A stretch of 63,065 bases of DNA, filler included, from Octopus bimaculoides (taxonomy: Eukaryota): NCBI RefSeq assembly GCF_001194135.2. It is 6 parts of 6 records of this genome, joined end to end, with 100 filler letters (N's around TTAATTAATTAA, not from the genome) between each part and the next. Parts side by side here need not be neighbours in the genome. Positions count along the whole stretch, not along the records: positions 12,572 to 41,121 come from NC_068989.1; positions 41,222 to 60,273 come from NC_068993.1; 4 more parts are not named here. One strand, 5' to 3'. The notes under the pieces are model-generated. The model worked only from the letters and a program-made list of their open reading frames with translations. It had not been told where the DNA came from and did not search any database. This document shows positions 39,613 through 53,775 of this stretch, in pieces (within the stretch, counting starts at the first letter, position 1; each line of letters starts with the position of its first letter). A program made the translations under genes and the position numbers.

Positions 39613-40070
39613 AGAGTGTAAGTACCTTGAGAGAAAAGTTAGACCTAAGAAGCATCAGATGTGATGTGCGAGAGAAACGACTGCACTGGTATGGTCATGT
39701 GGTGAGAATGGATGAGGATAACTGTATGAAAAAGTGTCACACCCTAGTGGTTGAGGGAAACTGTGGAAGAGGTAGACCCAGGAAGACCTGAGATGAGGTG
39801 GTGAAGCACGACCTTCGAACATTAGGCCTCACTGAAGCAATGAATAGTGACCGAGACCTTTGGAAATATGCTGTACTTGAGAAGACCCGACAAGCCAAGT
39901 GAGACCAAAACTCATGGCCTATGCCAGGGGTGTAACCAGCCCACTTATGTGTACCTTTCTTTCATTGGACACTAAACTCTGCTTGCAAAGACCTGTTGAG
40001 ACAAGTGAAATCGAAATCAAATTCGATGACAGCACCGCATGACTGGCATCTGTGCTAGTGGAGCACTAAG
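39613..40070 (+). mobile_element. RTE LINE 3' end
   Basis: RLHWYGHVVRMDED..GRGRPRKT*DEVVKHDLRTLGLTEAM..LWKYAVLEKTRQAK* followed by 3' UTR. Confidence 0.9.
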
Positions 40071-40476
40071 AGTGATTGAGAAATTTGCTTTTTAACCACA
40101 TACTTTCAGGTTCTGTCCCACAGTGTGTACCTTGGGCAAGTGTCTTCCACCATAGCCCCAGGCCAACCAAAACCTTGTGAGTGGATTTGGTAGATGAACA
40201 CTGAAAGTAAACTGTCATATATCATCATCATCATCACCCTCATCATCATTTAGCATCAGTTATGCTGGCATGGATTAAACAGTTTGATTGGAAGTGGTTA
40301 GCCAGAGAGCTGCACCATGCTCCACTGTGTTTCGGTTTGGTTCTACAGCTGGATGCCCTTCCTAATGCCAAACACTCCAGAGTGTAGTGAGTGCCTTTTT
40401 TGTATCATTGGCTCTGGCTACGACTATGATTTCACTTAGTTTGATGTACCTTCTCAAGCACCACAAATCACCAAAG

Positions 40477-40509
<33 letters not shown>

Positions 40510-40539
40510 CTATTTATATATCTTCTTGTCTTGACATCA

Positions 40540-41121
40540 TGTCATCATCATCATCATCATTATTTAATGCCTGTTGTCCATACTGTCATGGGTTGGACGG
40601 TTTGACAGGGCTGGCATGCTGGAAGGCTGCACAAGACTCCAGTCTGATTTGGTATGGTTTTCTATGGCCGGATGCCCTCCTGAACACCAACCACTCTGAG
40701 AGTGTAATGGGTGCTTTTACATGGCACTGGCGCAAGTTCCATTTGCATGACACTGGGGTGCGTTTGCATGACACTGGTATCTGCCATGACTGATTTTGCT
40801 TGGCTTGCTGGGTCTTCTCAAGCATGACATAATGCCAAAGGTCTTGGTTATTGCCTCTGTGAGGCCCAACACTCAAAAGGAACTGGGCCAGTTTGCCTTC
40901 GTGAGGCCCAATGCTTGAATAGAACTCAGGCACCTTACCTCCGCGAGAACCAACACTTGAAAGGAACTTAGCCACTTTACCTCTGTCAGGCCCAACACTC
41001 AAAAGGAACTCAGCCACTTTACTTCTGTCAGGCCCAACACTCAAAAGGAACTCAGCCACTTTGCCTCTGTCAGGCCCAACACTCAAAAGGAACTCAGCCA
41101 CTTTGCCTCTGTCAGGCCCAG
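40540..41121 (-). mobile_element. RTE-related 3' fragment with a 42-bp tandem array (40860-41121)
   Basis: Unit aggcccaacactcaaaaggaactcagccactttgcctctgtc x ~6; adjacent DLWHYVMLEKTQQAK and (GAT)n tail. Confidence 0.8.
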
Positions 41122-42392
41122 NNNNNNNNNNNNNNNNNNNNNNNNNNNNNNNNNNNNNNNNNNNNTTAATTAATTAANNNNNNNNNNNNNNNNNNNNNNN
41201 NNNNNNNNNNNNNNNNNNNNNCGTTGTTTATTTTTCTATCTACTATTTTATTCCTTTATACACCGTGAACTTTCCTACATACTAACCTTGTCTCTCGTGA
41301 CGGAAACCCCAGTGTATGGAAACGCTAACCTATCATTTGAGATATTCCAGAAACAGCTGTAAGGCATCCAGTAATTAATTACTAATTGATTGATTAAGTG
41401 ATTACTTCAAATTCAATATACCAACATCAATCCACCATTGGGTGTATGTGTGTGTATTTCTGAATTTGTTACTTTAACTCCTCCGAGACTATTCAACCGA
41501 TCTTGATGAAACCTGACACATGGCNNNNNNNNNNNNNNNNGGGGGGGGGGGGACTAACGCCCATGCGGTTACTTTCGCACTTGGAATTTCAAAAAATCGA
41601 TAATTTTTTATCGGCATCGATTTTCCAAAAATCAGTAGGTCATTTTTATGCAAATTCTCATATGAATGTTATTTTCTGTTCCATTACTTTTAAAGTTTTC
41701 AACCGATTTTCTTGTAATTTCATATACAGATGGAATATACGCTAAGGATGGGCTGAGACAAATAATTTTTTACCTAGGCCACACAAGTAAAGCGTAAGAT
41801 GATTTTTTATTAACTGATTAACGAAATTTGGCCTAAATTGTTGTGGGGTTAAAATGTTCAATTATTTCCATATTCTCAGGTTGCTGTAACACATATTTTC
41901 TTAAGACCTGCACTTAAAATTATCGATTCTAAACGTTGTGTGCTAAAACATGTAACATGTATTTTCTTAACACCTACACTTAAAATTCTCGGTTCTAATC
42001 CTTGCAATCGATATTTGATTCTCACGATCAGTGGAACAATACCCATGAAACACAGTCGTCAAATTAAGTGCCTTTTCTCTAAGTAATTTTTTGTTTACTT
42101 TTCAAACTTTTGTGTTCTTTTTTTTTCATAGCACTCCTTTACACTGATCATATATTTGCCACTTTCCTCTCATCTGACCAAATGATTGCTATTTTCTGAT
42201 TCCACATGTATTTATTTGTATTAGTTTCATGAATGAATTTTCTTACACTTTCTACTCTCTGTCCTATGTCTTGATTTCAATTTTTTCATCTGTGAGAAAT
42301 TAGGCATTGTAATAGGTACTGGGAATATCCCCACTCTCGGATATTAGCGGGTACCTCAGCTAGTGTATGTACGTGTGTGTGTGAGTGTGTGT

Positions 42393-42460
<68 letters not shown>

Positions 42461-45400
42461 ATATATATTGACCGGTAGACAGATAGCAGAGAACAATATA
42501 AAACAAATCTATTCATCTTTTCTTACAAAATGCAAATTATGTCTGCTATCGGAAGTGTTCTTCAGAGTATATGTGTGTATGTACTTAGGAATGTACGTGT
42601 ATATATGAATGCGCATACATACATATTTTGTAAATGTGTTTGTGTGTACATATACACGTATGTATGTATTATATATATGTATGTACATATGTATGTATTA
42701 GTGTACAATTAAATTTTCATTGTTCATTTGTTGCATATAACTTTTACTTCGATTAGTAGCTTTAGAGAAATAATGTGCAGTATGAGAATATTACAATGAA
42801 CTGATTTAGACTTTATAGAGAAATAAATAAAATGATTATATGACAACGGTATAAAATTGTGTAATAACAGAATGATCTGCAGTATATAATCAAATTGAGC
42901 AATTTTAGAATATAATTTTCATATCTGAATAAATTTTAGAATTAACATTAGATTCTAGAACATCAAATTTAAGTACTTAAATGTCGAATAAATGTTTTAT
43001 TTATGAATAATGTAAATATAAACGGGTACAAAATAGCCTCTATGTAGTCGTCTATGTGCTATAAATACTAGCGAAATCTTTGTCAAATCGTACGCTTCTA
43101 TTGTTTTTTGTTTTGTTTTTTTGTTTTTTGTATATATTAAAGAAACGACATAGTCTTGGATGTTCATTATGACAACATAACGATGATGGTAACACCTTTC
43201 ATCATAGCTCTGTTCATTCATGGACGTCGTAAGTATAAACAGCGAATAAAGACATCGTTACGTGTTTGCTGGTGTTGCTTTGGTACCACATAGTCTCGAG
43301 TTGTTTCATTTCACTACATACCTCTTTGGGCCACTAAACGTTTTAACAAACTAAATCTTTTTTGACTAAACAGAGGTAGTGAAATATTCTTTTCTACTCT
43401 AGTTACAAGGTTCAAAAATTTCGGGGAGGGGGTCAGTCGATTAGATCGACTCCAGTACGCAACTGGAACTTAATTTAACGACCCAGAAATGAAAAAAGGC
43501 AAAGTCGACCTCGGAGGAAGTTGAACTCACAACCTAAAGACATACGAAATACCGCTAAGTATTCCGCCTGGGGGGGGGGGGGTGCTAACTTATCTGCCAG
43601 CTTGCTGCCTTAACAAGAATGACATATTAAGCAGCTTGGTGTTTTCGAGGAGCAAGTTACGTGCAAAACAAAGATGTCCTACAATACTAAATCTGAAATC
43701 ACGCTCTATCTTAAAAACTTGCATCTCCTCAGAGAATCATAGTCTAGTTTATTAAAGATGAAAGAAGGGACATGTTGGATAACAGAGTCCTAGGTACTAG
43801 ATACGTTTTATCAGAGGAAAATGGTAAATATACTGTTCATGACTGAATGCTGATTGCTTTCAGCTTTGTGCAGAATGTTAATTTTACAACCAATACACTG
43901 AGGTTGAGTCAAATGACTGCATTTCTCAATGCTTAAAGCCTTTGTGCGTTCGCTAGAAATAACAGCTAAATCTTACTCTTTTGTGGAGAAATAGAAAGAA
44001 TTTATTATATAATATAGTCTTTGGTAAACAAACAGATGATATATATCAAAACTGGGACATATTTAAAGAGGGTTCTCCTGGATCAGGACTGACTGGGTGC
44101 TAAACAGTAATAACAACAATTTATAAGATTGTACGGAATAAAAAAGAAATCCTTATTTATTTAACCCGGTTCTACTTTCGTTCCAATCAGTCGCAAGATC
44201 ACCGGCTGCATTATTTTCAATAATCGATTAATTTTATGCTTTCTTCACAAGCTACCAGAAATTTTGTGAGATATTTCTGCGCAATTTTATGGTTGACAGT
44301 TCTCTATGTAAGTTGAATGTGACTTCTTCATTTGGGAAAATAGCCGGAATAATTCTAGAATCGAAGACACATCGGGTGGAAAATATTATGTTAGCAAAGC
44401 TATAATTAATGTTTATATAATCGATTAAAACTCGTTCTTCTTATCGACATTACCATCATCATCATTGTTGTCGTTGTCGGTCTCATCGGGTGGTTTAGCA
44501 TTTGCACGCTTGTTTTACTACTTAAATGCTTTCTTACACAGAAACATGATTTGCTACAAATTTTAAGGGGAGAATATATTACAGTAGAATTAAATCGACC
44601 TTAAACCAGTGATTGGTAATTATTTTATCAATATTGTCTATTAGATGAATGTAATGCCAAAGCTAATGGGATTTCAATACAGAAGGAAAAGAATTATCTG
44701 AAGTCATTTTGTAGATCTATAGAATATGATCAACTGAGTCAATTATTACCGGTTTTGGTCTACCTTGTCAATATTCACAGAGCTATTCAATGTGGCCTCA
44801 TTATTTAGTCCCTACAGGCTATCATTTATTTTGCTTACAAGACCGTCCTCCATACGCTTTTATGTTTCTCGTTAAGTGATATTTAAAAATTCCGATTAAA
44901 ATTTGAGTAGATTTTCTGATATGTAATGTCTAATTTCTCTATATCTCTTTCATTCATCTATATGTATTCGCTCGCTCATAAATAAATTTAGGGCATAACT
45001 ACAAATGTGTGTCCACCATCGATTTATTTCATTACAGCTTTCTGAAAAATGGATATTTGTTAACGAAATTTTCTACAAATATGTTCCAAATTTTCAACAA
45101 ATACGTTCAGAATTTCTTGTGGAAATCTATTTTGAAGTGTTAGAGAGATTCGAACAATTCGCACACCACGACTTTGTTTCTTCGTAAATTTTCTCATACG
45201 TTTTTGATGATGAAGATTATACTTATGTTGAGAAAAATCACTTCTCAAACCCACGTGTTCCCAGCTATTTCTAGCATGTTAGGTGACCACGGAAAGGATA
45301 GAGATTAAGACTACGAGCAAATAATGAAATGAATGTACATGCTGTGTAGTAAGGAGCTTGTTTCCCAACCACATAGTTCCGGGTTCAGTCCCACTGTGTA

Positions 45401-45493
45401 ACATCTTGAGCAAGTGTCTTCCACTATAGCCTCGAGCCGACCAAAGCCTTGTGAGAGGATTTGGCAGACAGAAACTGAAAGAAACGCATCGTG

Positions 45494-45566
<73 letters not shown>

Positions 45567-46292
45567 TTACGTGTGTTTTTGTATTTATGTTTGTCACCCC
45601 AGCATCGCTTGACAACCGGTATGGTGTGTATACGTCTCCGTAACTTAGTACTTCGGCAAAAGAGAACGATAGAATAAGTACTAGCCTTACAAACAATCAG
45701 TTCTGGAGTCGATTTGTTCGACTAAAACCTTTCAAGATGGTGTTCCAGCATGACTGCAGTCAAATGACTGAAACAAGTAAAAGAATAAAAGAATATAGCC
45801 AATAATTAGCGTTAATATTGCACTCACTTTTCTACAAAGATATCTTTCAGAGAATTTTCGGGTAAAAATGGAATAGTCCTCAGTTTTTTTTTTTGTTTTT
45901 TTTTTTGCTTTTTTTTTTTCACATTATTGTAATCTGCATCGTTACAACGTATGAAGAAATGAAGTCGATATGTGTGAAATATCAACTCTCCCAATTTCTT
46001 TCCACATTATATTCCGTTCTAATCGCAATCTACACGATCTGAAACGCATTTATATCCACTTTTAACAAAGTTATGAGAAAATAATGCTGGAGGAAGATAC
46101 TCCTGTAGTTTTGTGGAAGAACACTATCTCACATTGAATAAAAATTAGTTTTTTGACAGAATTGTAATATTGAAATCTGCAAAAGTAAAAGACACATTAA
46201 AAAATAACATTCTGGAAAAAATATTAAAACTGGAAGTTTTAAGAATGTTCCAGAAAAGGTACACTTTAACTGTTTTCCTTTAATAAAAGTTA

Positions 46293-46515
46293 CGAGGGTC
46301 GACTGAAAAGTTCATAGACAAAGATATTCTCGATGTTCCAGTGCTTGGATCCCACTGGTGAGAAAGCTTTCATCCTGTTGGTCAAAAAAGTCATCAACAG
46401 TAGATATAACATCATCATCACTGCAACACTGGTTCCCAGCCAAGTGTTTCTTTGACGTTGGAAAGCAGGGGATAGTAAGAAGGGGACAGGTCAGGAGAGT
46501 AAAAGTACTTCAGCC
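46293..46515 (-). mobile_element. Mariner family 1 fragment
   Basis: TA+cgagggtcgactgaaaagttcata TIR; YSPDLSPSYYPLLSNVK; internal deletion. Confidence 0.85.
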
Positions 46516-47879
46516 ATTTAAATAACAGTTCCCACTCTCTCCCTTTTCTATGTTTGTGGGCGTTATTTTCTATCGTGTGCTGGTTGGTTCGGATCTGGTG
46601 ATCGACAGGTGTGTGACGTTTCAATAATGTACCAAACTCAGGTACACAGAGAGACAGACAATGAGAAGCAGAGAGACATAGCGACAGAGAGAAAGACAGA
46701 GAGAGACAGTGAGAAAGAGAGGGACGGACAGAGACATGATCACTTTAAAACTACTCTAATTGATATATTGCAAATAATCCATTGATAGTCAATAATATTC
46801 ATTACGTAAAACACAGGTAAACTTGATAAATGACAGTCTAAATTATTATTGTTGTTGGCTTCATTCAGGTCGTCTCTAGATATGCAGAGATATGACCAAT
46901 TACGTTTTAGTTGTGACTATCTAGTCCTTCTTCCACAAAATTGTATAATGTATCATTGGAGGGGTTTGTGGACTTCATAGACATAGATTGTTGTTGCTGT
47001 TGCTGCTGTTGTTTTTATTGTTGTCATTGATGCTGTTGTAACTGTTCTTGCCGACTTAGTTGTTATTATTGTTGTAGTTTACCTCTGAGTGGCCTTAGAC
47101 ACGCAAATCAATAATCACAGGCGTTCTATCCGTGACTTTACCATCTGATTTTCGTTCAGACTAATTTTTCATCTAACGTGGCATTTATACTTTTTTAAAC
47201 ACCAGCTGGATGTAATTTGAGGTAGGTCTGACCGTCAAATCCTGTAGAATGGTTTGGCAAGTTGGGGCCACACCTCATTGTGCAGAATGTTACACAGAAA
47301 GAACATCTAAGTTATTTTTCTTTCCCGAATACGAAAGAAAAAATTGCCAGAAGAAATTGCCATTCCTTCATATACAAATAGAAAAACGTACACACATATA
47401 CACACGCAAGCACATCACATACATAGACACACTAACAGTCTACCTCACTAACACATACACACTTACACACACACACAAGCGCATACATATATACACACAC
47501 ATGCAAAGAGAAACACTCGCACGCACAAACGCATCAAATACACACATGCACACACTCACACACACAAACGAACACCTAAGGAGCGTGCACACACATAAAC
47601 ATACACAGAAGACATTTACGCACAAAAACACGCGCGCACATACACGCACCTATACACATATATACTCACACAAACGCCTCCAGATAAACACCTACACATA
47701 CATACACTCACATGCACACAGACACACACACATATATACACACATACATGCACACACAAACACACACAAGCACACACATACACCTCAGCTTTATTGCATT
47801 ACAGTTTGGAAACAAACATAATTCTTTTATGGTATCATGACATGCCGACTTCAAACGTTTTTCTGTGACGTCGTTGATG

Positions 47880-48520
47880 ACATCATCATACGTACTATCA
47901 CCACGAAGCCCATTGTTACTACCACTACTACTACTGCCACCACCACTTTCACTACCAACACCATTAATATCATACCGACTTCTACCGACACTACTAACCT
48001 AACTGATCCCCACTACTATCATTATCCCCGACAAAACCACCATCACAACCAATACCACCATCTCCACCGCTGTGACCTTTCTAAGTACCACCAATGCCAC
48101 AACCATCACCATTACCACTACCTCCACCACCATCACGATCTTCACCGTCATCATCGTAAGTATCTTCACCGCTACAAACAACACCATCACTACCAACATC
48201 CATTTCACTAATACAACTGTGATTACTGCAACTACCACGATCCCCATCTCCACCGACGTCAATTCAACCAGCAACAATACCATGGTCCCCATCACCCCTA
48301 TCCTACACCATCCCCTCCACTGCTCTCACCACCACAACGGCTACGAAGATTTCCGCTGCCAATACCAAAATTGCCAAAAAACAACGTGACCAACATCGAC
48401 ACTATCACCAGTACCTCAACCGCCAATACCGCCGTTCCCACTACCGCCAACACTATCACTATTAACACCAGCAACACCACCACTACTATCACCAACATCA
48501 ATACTACGTTACAGTATAAA
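47880..48520. repeat. Degenerate (ACC/ACT/ATC)n trinucleotide tract
   Basis: Low-complexity Thr/His-rich ORFs in several frames; similar tract at 62300-62600. Confidence 0.8.
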
Positions 48521-48942
48521 TAAACTACAATATGAAATCGTGTTCACAACTGTCATTGAAATTTCTTTAAAACTGAAAAAAGAAACACCACAAAATTTAA
48601 CTAGTTTTTAACATTCCAGTTATACTACGTTCAGTTGAAGTATGCGGTTGGATGTGTATGAGANNNNNNNNNNNNNNNNNNNNNNNNNNNNNNNNNNNNN
48701 NNNNNNNNNNNNNNNNNNNNNNNNNNNNNNNNNNNNNNNNNNNNNNNNNNNNNNNNNNNNNNNNNNNNNNNNNNNNNNNNNNNNNNNNNNNNNNNNNNNN
48801 NNNNNNNNNNNNNNNNNNNNNNNNNNNNNNNNNNNNNNNNNNNNNNNNNNNNNNNNNNNNNNNNNNNNNNNNNNNNNNNNNNNNNNNNNNNNNNNNNNNN
48901 NNNNNNNNNNNNNNNNNNNNNNNNNNNNNNNNNNNNNNNNNN

Positions 48943-50424
48943 AAAAGAAACATCGCACTGTAAAGGATTATTTGTTTCACACACAATATTGGGATTCTAT
49001 GGATTTTATCATATTTCTACGTATTTGACATCACGAAAATGTCACTGACCCACAACACCACTCTCTTTTGAAAACACAAGGGTTGCATGTACAGTTCGAA
49101 CTCGCTCACTGTTCGTGAACATGGTAATGCTCACGAACGCATCTTTATGAAAAGCATGATGCACATACAAAATGTTGACTCATTGGGTATAATAGGCACC
49201 CAAACTTATCAGACTGTCATTCGTTTCCCGAACGCAGCAAGCATGACAAGACTGACATGAAATCAGAAGGAGCAAGCCATCGGACGTCTCTATGCTGGTC
49301 AACGTCCATGGCTCATTGCTAATGATTTGATCTGCAGTATTCGGACAATTGAGCGGTTGAGGGAACTATACATTCCCACAAGCAGCATGGATGATCGTCA
49401 ATGCACTGGCCGACCGGGGGTTACAACTGCACGTCAAGACACCACCTGCACCGACAGCCCTTGCAGGACCGATTCTGTCGGGCAACGGAATCAGCTCCCC
49501 AGACTGTAGGAACTCACGACAGACCCATTTGTCCAGAGACAGTTCGCCACCGGCTGAGATTTTCAATCTGTCTTGTCGACATCCCGCTAGGGACCCCGTC
49601 CTCAGATCGTCATCGACGGGCAGGCCTGCAGTGGGCTCAAAAACGTCAGAACTGGCGATATCAGTATTGGAGGACTGTAGTCTTCTCTTATGAAAACCGA
49701 TATTGTATTTCTGTACCAGATGGTAGAGCTAGGATTTCGAGAAGGAGTGAATGTCATGCTGATGGTTGTGTGGTGGGGTGAGACTTGTGTGGAGTACAGA
49801 ACATCATGCTATGGGGCGGGATTGCACTCAACCAGAAACTTGGACCGGTGGTCTTCCAAAACATTGGCCAAGGCCGGGGTACTGAAGTAACCGCTGCTCA
49901 CTACATCTACCAAGCGTTGAGGCCTCACATTGTTTCATACTTTGCCTATCATCGGAATCACTTGATCCAACACGACAACGCCTATGTCTATCCAGCCAGA
50001 TTGACAACAGGCTTCCTCCAACAGCACAACATCAAGACACTGCCATAGCCTGCCCTAAGTTCAGACTTAACCACCATAGAGCACCTGTAGGAGGAAATCC
50101 AGAGAAGGCTAAATGACATCCGTCTAAGGCCGACAACTGCGGCACAACCCACTGCAAGTTTTAACAGAATGTAGGTTGCTATTCCCATGGCTTTCAATCG
50201 TTTGGTGCATTCAATGTACAGAAGATGCCTGGTGATAATCAATGTTAACGGTGCTCACACGAGATATTGAGTTCATCTCTTTGGATCGAGGACACTGCGT
50301 CATCAAGTGACACCATGTGACGTCAAATGTAAATGACGTTTTATCGTTAGGGAAGGATGGTTTCTTAATTAGCATTCTTAAATCAATGCTATGGCAGCAT
50401 GTTAATAAACCGGTTTCTATTTAG
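48943..50424 (+). mobile_element. Degenerate Tc1-family (DD34E) transposon; transposase ~49243-50270
   Basis: MTRLT*NQKEQAIGRL..TGRPGVTT, WGGIA, QHDNA..LP*PALSSDLTTIEHL* (34-residue D-E spacing), GAHTRY*; right end ..tttctatttag+TA; left end probably in gap. Confidence 0.85.
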
Positions 50425-50457
50425 TATATGTGCGACATTTCTTTTGTGGTTCAGTTC

Positions 50458-50501
<44 letters not shown>

Positions 50502-52679
50502 NNNNNNNNNNNNNNNNNNNNNNNNNNNNNNNNNNNNNNNNNNNNNNNNNNNNNNNNNNNNNNNNNNNNNNNNNNNNNNNNNNNNNNNNNNNNNNNNNNN
50601 NNNNNNNNNNNNNNNNTATATATATGTACGTATATATGTATGTATGTATGTATGTATTATGTATGTATGTATGTATGTATGTATGTATGTATGTATGTAT
50701 ATAGGTTGTTCGATTAATATGAAAAAACGTCTGTACAATCACATTTCCTCTTTTAAACTTAACCATAAGGCGAATTGTACGTCATTATCTAGGAAGATTT
50801 GGGAACTAAAGTAAAGCAGAGTTGGGTTCAGCCTTAAATGGGAAATAATAAGGAAAGCGAAGCCTTATAGAAATAGTGGATATGGCCGTGAGCTGTTTTG
50901 TATGGAAAGATTTGAAATGTTTAAGCATAAAGATAAGTGCAACCTGATTAACAAGAGATTACACCTTAGGGTACCATGCGTACATGGTGTCACTCGTACA
51001 TTTAAATATTTTCGAAAGTAGCACTTTATATGTCTTGTGCTTGATCTGAATTTGATGGAAACTTACTTTTAATATTTTTGTTTGGAAATTAAAGTACATT
51101 GCATATATTATAATACAGTAAAAGCTATATCGTATAGTTAGTTAGTGTGCTACATAGAGTTAGTATACTATCCATATAACTCTGTCTTGCCTAGTTGGTC
51201 AGATTTCATCAGGGTTTTAGTAATTAATCAATTTATCCCTTTCCTATAGGGTTCCACCCTCCTGATCTTAGTATTTATAAGAGCCTTTATGCAAGTAGAT
51301 CTCCTAATTAAGTACCCCTAAGAAACTATAATATCAGGTATGGATTAACACTAAAAACGTTTCAAACCTACATTATACACCTCTTAGTTCATAATTAATA
51401 TATAGTTAGCATGTCCTATAACTTCAATATTCCTTTAGTTAATACCAGGTATCAGTTTTTATAGATACAAACTAAATAAGTAAATAAACAATTTTTAGTT
51501 TAAATACTTGAATTATTATACATTTTCTATTAATCTTCTCTATTGATGATAATAAGGTATATATACTTCATGGTTTTATTGATTAAGCTATTTTATTCCT
51601 TTTCTATGGTGTTCTACCCTACCTGATCATTTTATTATTTTATAATAGCCTTTATGAAATAAACTTAATTTGTGTGCCCCTAGAAATTCAAATTTAGCTT
51701 ATATATAACAGTACCGGTATCTTCACAACTTACAATAAACTGCTTAGATTATAATTTAATTAATATATAGTTAGCATTTTCTTTCGCCTCAGTACTCCTT
51801 TATCAAATACCAGTAAATGCCAATGATCAATCTTCATAGATATCATCTAATAAGTTAATAATTAAGTATGTAATATGAATAGATATTAAAATACTCCTAT
51901 GTAATTTATTTCCTCCCTCTATCGTAGCAAATTTTGTTATATACTCAAAAATATTCAAAAAATTTATCCTTTTGGTTATAATTTTCTTTTTAATAATCAT
52001 CTTGATAACCCTAAATTTTAACTTTATACAATATAGCAATATTGTTTAAATCATTCAACTATAGTACTCCATGATAAAATTTCCCCTGTATTATCACCAT
52101 TGATTTTACTAGAGTCTTACCTCTTTGACTGATAACTAACATCTTGATTGAGAATTCCCTTTACCAAATCTCATTATATTGCTTCAAATTAATCTTGATA
52201 GTTTTATGACTATACCCACTATGATTTTTGTCGACTCCCTCAACCCCTTTCCTAACAGACACTGCGCCCTGTTCTTGGCCTTAGATTTTGATATACAAAG
52301 ATTTGATCAACAAGACTATAAATTAAAACTAACCCAAAAAAACAGTGACAAACTAGATTTCTAACAAGTTTTTTTTCCTGCTACCTTAGTAGCTTCTAAG
52401 CTGAAGTGAAGACAGCATGATCTTTGTCTATCTCCTTACCTTCTTGGAGGTTTTAGGTAAAACTATACTAATGTGTCCATCTGATTTAATTTACTTTCTA
52501 TGTATTTATGCAGCTGAGGATTGCTCTGCATTTAAATTGATGCAATGATTGCTTTGTTCAATTAAATGGAGTTACTTGAAACGATCGTACTGCATTGCTT
52601 CTGGATATCCTGTTGCTTATTTTGATATATATATATATATATGCATATATGCGTATGCACGTGTGTCAATGAATATGTA

Positions 52680-53775
52680 TTGGGTTGTCCGGAAAGTTCG
52701 TGACGATTTTTAAAGGAAAGAAAAAGGTCAATAAATACTTGCCAGTACATTTTTAATCAACCTAATATGAACCATTTTGTTGCACAATGCATCTCCATAT
52801 TTCCTTTAACTTAAAAAATACCCTCTTCCCAAATTGGAGGTGGTTTCATGGCAAAGAATTCATCAAGGTATCTTTTTACGTCATCCAAGGAATTGAAATT
52901 TTTACCATTAAGACTATTCTGCAGAGACCTGAATAAGTGTAAATACGAAGGAGCAATATCTGGTGAATATGGAGGGTGGGGTAACATCCCTGCCGAGCTG
53001 CAGACATTTTTGTTTGATTCCTAAAGAAACGTGCGGTCTTGCATTATCATGTTGCAATGCAACACCCTTCTTGTTGGCCAATTCTGGACGTTTCTCCTGA
53101 ATTGCTGCTTTTAACTCGTCCAGTTTGTGCAGTATTTACCAGAATTAATTGTCTGATTACCTGGGAGAAGCTCATAGTACAGAATTCCTTTCCAATCCCA
53201 CTAGACACAAAGCAAGACTTTTTTAGGGTGAAGACCCGCTTTTGGGTGGCTCATGTTGCTTACTCCAGGATCGCTTTCTTTGAACATTTCGGTAGATAAT
53301 CCATTTCTCATCACCTGTCACAATTTGCTTTAAAAAGGTGCGTTTTCATTCCGTTTATAAAGCGAATCACAGATGGAAATGCGATCCAAAAGGTTCTTCT
53401 CACTCAACTCATGTGGTACCTAAACATCGTAGCGATTTGTGTACCCAAGCATTACCAAGTGCTCATGAACGACTGATTTTGATAAAGAAACATCACCGTT
53501 AACTGCCCATATATCTTTGGTTGCTGGTGAGGCATTTTTCCCTTTACGGAAAAAGAAAAGCATCAAGTGGCGAAAATGAACTTTATGTTCCATTTTAAAG
53601 GGTTACAGAATTAACACAGGTTATAGGAACATAAACCTTCTTCCACGAAAAGATAGCTTAACCTGTGCTCTAAATGGAGGTATAGTCACATCTTATTTTA
53701 TGGACTCAACCATGTTGTAAAATAAGTCGAAAGGTAAGCTACTATAAATCGGCACGAACTTTCCGGACAACCCAA
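52680..53775 (-). mobile_element. Mariner family 2, internally deleted, both TIRs with TA flanks
   Basis: TIRs 52680-52709 and 53746-53775 are 29/30 identical; *VPHEL, IVTGDEKWI, KGILYYELLP, HPPYSPDIAPS. Confidence 0.95.

Noticed and set aside
40586-41101. 171-aa ORF with 14-aa repeats as a protein gene, or the array as CRISPR
   Set aside because: Frame-shifted reading of a 42-bp tandem repeat within an RTE relic; no spacers; eukaryotic context.
47837-48520. Thr-rich mucin-like ORFs (also 62305-62589)
   Set aside because: Degenerate trinucleotide repeat open in several frames on both strands; no splice or signal-peptide support.
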